From contig CAZKJM010000001.1 in NCBI GenBank assembly GCA_964553245.1, forward strand, positions 209,806 to 273,805: 64,000 nt of DNA, in the 5' to 3' direction. The DNA comes from an uncultured Gammaproteobacteria bacterium (GTDB taxonomy: Bacteria; Patescibacteriota; Microgenomatia; Levybacterales; UBA12049). The position numbers and the translations under genes are program-made. Of the stretch, positions 60,733 to 64,000 are shown in pieces. Numbering within the stretch: the first letter of the stretch is position 1; every line of letters starts with the position of its first letter. The notes below the pieces were generated by a model. That model was not told the origin of the DNA. It saw nothing but the letters and a program-made list of their open reading frames with translations, and searched no databases.

Positions 60733-61899
60733 TTAAATTTTCCTGAATGTTTTACCATAGTAAAGAATTATTAATGCTAAAACAGCCATTATTGAACCGA
60801 AATAAAAGGTCGCTGACGGCGAAATCTTTGTCCAAAGCAGTCCTCCTATAAATGAAGCAAAAAACTGGCAAATTGCGATTCCGGATTGATAAATTCCAAA
60901 ATAAGTTCCTGAATTTTTCTCGGTAATAAACCTTGCTATATATGCTTTAGAAACTCCATCTGTAAAAGCAATATAAAGTCCGTAAACAGGAAAAATTATC
61001 CATATAAGCTTTGATGTCGTTATGAAACCTAAAAGAAAATAAACAATTGCAAATACCAAGATTCCCATCCCGAAAACTTTTCTTGCACCAATTTTATCTG
61101 CCAATTGCCCTGCGGGCGTAGCAAATAAAGTTTGCACTGTATTGTAAAGAACATAGGTAAGCGTTACAAAAATTGTTGTTAAGCCAAGGTCTTTTGCTCT
61201 TAATAAAATAAATGCGTCAGAGCTGTTTCCTAAAGCAAAAACGAAACTTATAATTAGAAAAAGTTTTAACCTTGGACTTAAATTTCTCCACTTAAAATTT
61301 ATTTTTACTTTTTTATTTTTTGAAGCCGGTCTTTTTTCCTTAACAAAAAGAATTAATAAAACTACGCCTATAACAGAAGGTATTAATGCCAAGAAAAATA
61401 CAATCCTAATATTATCTTTAAAAAATAACAATAAAACCATTGCCAAAAGTGGTCCGATTACTGCTCCGAATGAATCCATTGCTCTATGGAACCCAAAAAT
61501 ATATCCTTTATTTTTTTTGGTGGTGCTTTGAAGTAAAATCGAATCGCGGGCAGAAGTTCTAATTCCCTTACCAAGTCTGTCTATAAATTTGGCGAATAAA
61601 ACAAAAACCCAGGAGCTGGCGAGTCCGATTAAAAGCTTTGATAAAGCTCCAAAGCCATAACCCCATACAACAAAAATCTTTCTTTTTTTCTTTTTATCGG
61701 AAACATAGCCAGAAACAAACTTCATAATACTAGCCGTTCCCTCTGCAATTCCTTCTATTAAACCGACTAAGCTAACAGGAGCTCCTAATATTGTTGTTAA
61801 AAAAATAGGAACAATGGGGTAAATCATTTCCGAGGCAATATCATTAAAAAAACTTATCAATCCAAGAAGATATACATTACCCGGAATTTTTTTAAACAT
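60733..61899 (-). CDS. MFS transporter
   Basis: About 12 TM helices; SEMIYP, DRLGKGIRTSARD, GQLADKIG. Confidence 0.92.
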   Translation of the reverse strand: MFKKIPGNVYLLGLISFFNDIASEMIYPIVPIFLTTILGAPVSLVGLIEGIAEGTASIMKFVSGYVSDKKKKRKIFVVWGYGFGALSKLLIGLASSWVFVLFAKFIDRLGKGIRTSARDSILLQSTTKKNKGYIFGFHRAMDSFGAVIGPLLAMVLLLFFKDNIRIVFFLALIPSVIGVVLLILFVKEKRPASKNKKVKINFKWRNLSPRLKLFLIISFVFALGNSSDAFILLRAKDLGLTTIFVTLTYVLYNTVQTLFATPAGQLADKIGARKVFGMGILVFAIVYFLLGFITTSKLIWIIFPVYGLYIAFTDGVSKAYIARFITEKNSGTYFGIYQSGIAICQFFASFIGGLLWTKISPSATFYFGSIMAVLALIILYYGKTFRKI

Positions 61900-61902
61900 A
61901 AA

Positions 61903-62529
61903 TTACCAATTTTCCGTAATATTTATATCAAATTTTTTTAGTTCTTGATATAGGGAAAATATTGGAAGACCAACAATGTTAAAATAATCCCCTTTTACTT
62001 CTTTTATAAACATCCCCGCTTTATCCTGTATAGCATAAGCTCCGGCTTTATCTAAAACTTTACTTGAATAAACATAAGCCTTTATTTCCTGATCTGATAA
62101 ATCTTTAAAAGTAACTTTGGTTGTAACTGCTTTTGTAATTTGTTTTTTTGTTTTTGAATCAATAATTGTAAAACCGGTAATAACAAGGTGTGTTTTTCCG
62201 CTTAATTTTTTTAAGATTTCTATAGCATTCTCCAATGAATCTGGTTTTCCTATAATTTCATTTTTTAAAACAACTATCGTATCTGCGCCAATAACTATTG
62301 CATTTTTATTGTTTATTGCAACTGCTTTTGCTTTTTTTCTTGATAGAATTTTTACAAAATCCACAGGGGAAGTACTAGCGTTTTTTTCTTCAACATTGCT
62401 GACAATTATTTTAAATCTTAGACCGATCTGTTTTAATAATTCTTTTCTTCTCGGAGAATTCGAAGCTAATATAATCTTTTTTTTTAAAGCCACCGTCAAG
62501 ATTTTATAATTAAGTTTTTTATAAATCAA
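61903..62529 (-). CDS. maf: Maf-family nucleoside triphosphate pyrophosphatase
   Basis: ILASNSPRRKELL, GADTIV, GKP, DKAGAYAIQ, NIVGLP; start approximate. Confidence 0.94.
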   Translation of the reverse strand: MIYKKLNYKILTVALKKKIILASNSPRRKELLKQIGLRFKIIVSNVEEKNASTSPVDFVKILSRKKAKAVAINNKNAIVIGADTIVVLKNEIIGKPDSLENAIEILKKLSGKTHLVITGFTIIDSKTKKQITKAVTTKVTFKDLSDQEIKAYVYSSKVLDKAGAYAIQDKAGMFIKEVKGDYFNIVGLPIFSLYQELKKFDINITENW

Positions 62530-62533
62530 TAAG

Positions 62534-63055
62534 TTATTTTATTTGATGTTTTATAACTGTTTCGAATTTGTCAAAAATTTTTTCTTTGGAAAGCTTACCT
62601 AGCTCTCTTACAGCAACCTGATCTGTCCCCAAATCATAATCTATAAATTCCCTGTCTCCAAAAAGAGCACCTATTAATTCTCTTGTTACAACACGTGCTC
62701 CTAAATTATCCCTACCCTTGCTTGTTGCCGGTGTATACCAAAATCCAAATCTGTTTTCTGAACCAAGGCTTCTTATGGAAATAGCAAACCTATTGTCTCT
62801 ATCAAAGCTTAACTGCCAATTTTTTTGATCCGGGACAAAACGGGCAAATTTAGTAATTTTTACCAAATCGGATATTAATGCGAAATTTCCCAAAGCTCCA
62901 TCGTAAGTATTTTTGGAAACAACCGATAAATCTTCACCAGAATCAATAATTTGCTGTTTTTTTCTTTGCAACTCCAATAAGCTTGTTAATGCAAGTTCCG
63001 ATTGTGAAAGCGAAATTTTTTCCTGCTTTTCCCAATCAAATATTTCTTTACTCAT
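62534..63055 (-). CDS. Hypothetical protein
   Basis: ORF with own TTGATA-17-TATAAT promoter; start revised to MSKEIF. Confidence 0.65.
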   Translation of the reverse strand: MSKEIFDWEKQEKISLSQSELALTSLLELQRKKQQIIDSGEDLSVVSKNTYDGALGNFALISDLVKITKFARFVPDQKNWQLSFDRDNRFAISIRSLGSENRFGFWYTPATSKGRDNLGARVVTRELIGALFGDREFIDYDLGTDQVAVRELGKLSKEKIFDKFETVIKHQIK

Positions 63056-63118
63056 ATTGCGCAAAAAATTATAGCGGGATTCCGATGATTTATCAACTAT
63101 AGGGTTATTGTGTCTTAT

Positions 63119-64000
63119 TTACCCTCTTTCAACTCTACCTGTAAACGTAGACTTGGCAAGCATTTGCTCAACGATATTTTTTGGAACTTCCTCGTAATGA
63201 GACGGCTCCATATAGTAAGATGCTCTTCCTTGAGACATTGATCTTAATGCAGTTGCGTATCCGGAAAGTTCTGCCAAGGGAACCATTCCTAAAACAATTG
63301 TTGCTCTTCCTCTTTCTTCTGTTCCCATAATCTGTGCTCTCTTTGAAGAAAGATCACCAATTACATCTCCCATAAACTCAGATGGGGTTGTAACTTCAAC
63401 TTTCATAATTGGCTCTAATAAAGCCAACTCTGCTTTTTTACAGGCTGCCTGCAAAGCTTGAGAAGCTGCAATCTTAAATGCAACATCAGATGAATCAACT
63501 TCGTGATAAGAACCATCGTAACAGGTAACCTTCATATCAACAACCGGATATCCAAGTAATATTCCGTTTTCCATCGTTTCCTTAACTCCTTTTTGAATAG
63601 AAGTAACAAACTCTGTCGGAATTGCTCCACCCTTAATTGCATCAATGAATTCATATCCTTCCCCTCGTGGAGCAGGCTCAACCCTAAGCCAACAATGACC
63701 GTACTGACCTCTTCCTCCTGATTGTCTGATATATTTTCCTTCTCCTTCTGCTTGAAGTTTAATTGTTTCTTTATAAGCAACTTGAGGCGCTCCAATGTTT
63801 GCTTCTACATTAAATTCTCTTTTCATTCTGTCTACCATAACCTCAAGCTGGAGCTCTCCCATCCCAGCAATAATTGTCTGGCTTGTTTCGTGATTAACTT
63901 TAATTGTGAAAGTCGGATCTTCTTCGGATAGCCTCTTTAATGCATAACCAAGTTTTTCCTGATCAGCTTTTGTTTTTGGTTCGATTGCCAAAGAAATAAC
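63119..64000 (-). CDS. fusA: Elongation factor G (3' part; 5' end outside window)
   Basis: [39 protein letters not shown]. Confidence 0.98.
   Translation of the reverse strand, partial: VISLAIEPKTKADQEKLGYALKRLSEEDPTFTIKVNHETSQTIIAGMGELQLEVMVDRMKREFNVEANIGAPQVAYKETIKLQAEGEGKYIRQSGGRGQYGHCWLRVEPAPRGEGYEFIDAIKGGAIPTEFVTSIQKGVKETMENGILLGYPVVDMKVTCYDGSYHEVDSSDVAFKIAASQALQAACKKAELALLEPIMKVEVTTPSEFMGDVIGDLSSKRAQIMGTEERGRATIVLGMVPLAELSGYATALRSMSQGRASYYMEPSHYEEVPKNIVEQMLAKSTFTGRVERG

Noticed and set aside
1875-63931. Numerous short ORFs overlapping long genes (e.g. 3688-4179, 9121-9402, 24973-25353, 55286-55699, 62117-62509)
   Set aside because: Antisense or off-frame shadows of well-supported genes, with Phe/Ile/Ser-rich composition

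Overview
AT-rich housekeeping region of a Patescibacteria/CPR bacterium, most consistent with Microgenomates. That placement is inferred from the absence of uL30 between S5 and L15, a class I LysRS and a short TsaB; the genetic code is standard code 11. Contents: a nucleotide-sugar cluster (gmd, rmd-like, ugd, rfbD/B/A), t6A genes, ftsEX with a coiled-coil M23 peptidase, prfB, secA, serS, lysS, acs, greA, rmuC, a UvrD-nuclease, RNase P RNA, hup, rny, recX/recA, tRNA-Pro(GGG), uppS, the S10/spc/alpha ribosomal clusters, tuf and the 3' part of fusA. I saw no CRISPR array, transposase or phage genes. The most unusual signals are outside the ORF track. (1) Several leaders read promoter, then tiny SD-led ORF, then intrinsic terminator: a poly-lysine MAKKKKKKK ORF before secA, a mini-ORF pairing with the terminator before rplC, and a 16-aa ORF before rny. 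ORF-less terminator leaders precede greA, infA and tuf. (2) The FtsEX partner is a circularly permuted M23 peptidase with intact metal-binding motifs. (3) There are TsaC-TsaB and Adk-second-kinase fusions. (4) Short palindromic or heptameric repeats sit in frame in core proteins and inside RNase P RNA. (5) Many genes appear leaderless. All calls come from reading the sequence; no searches or folding programs were run.
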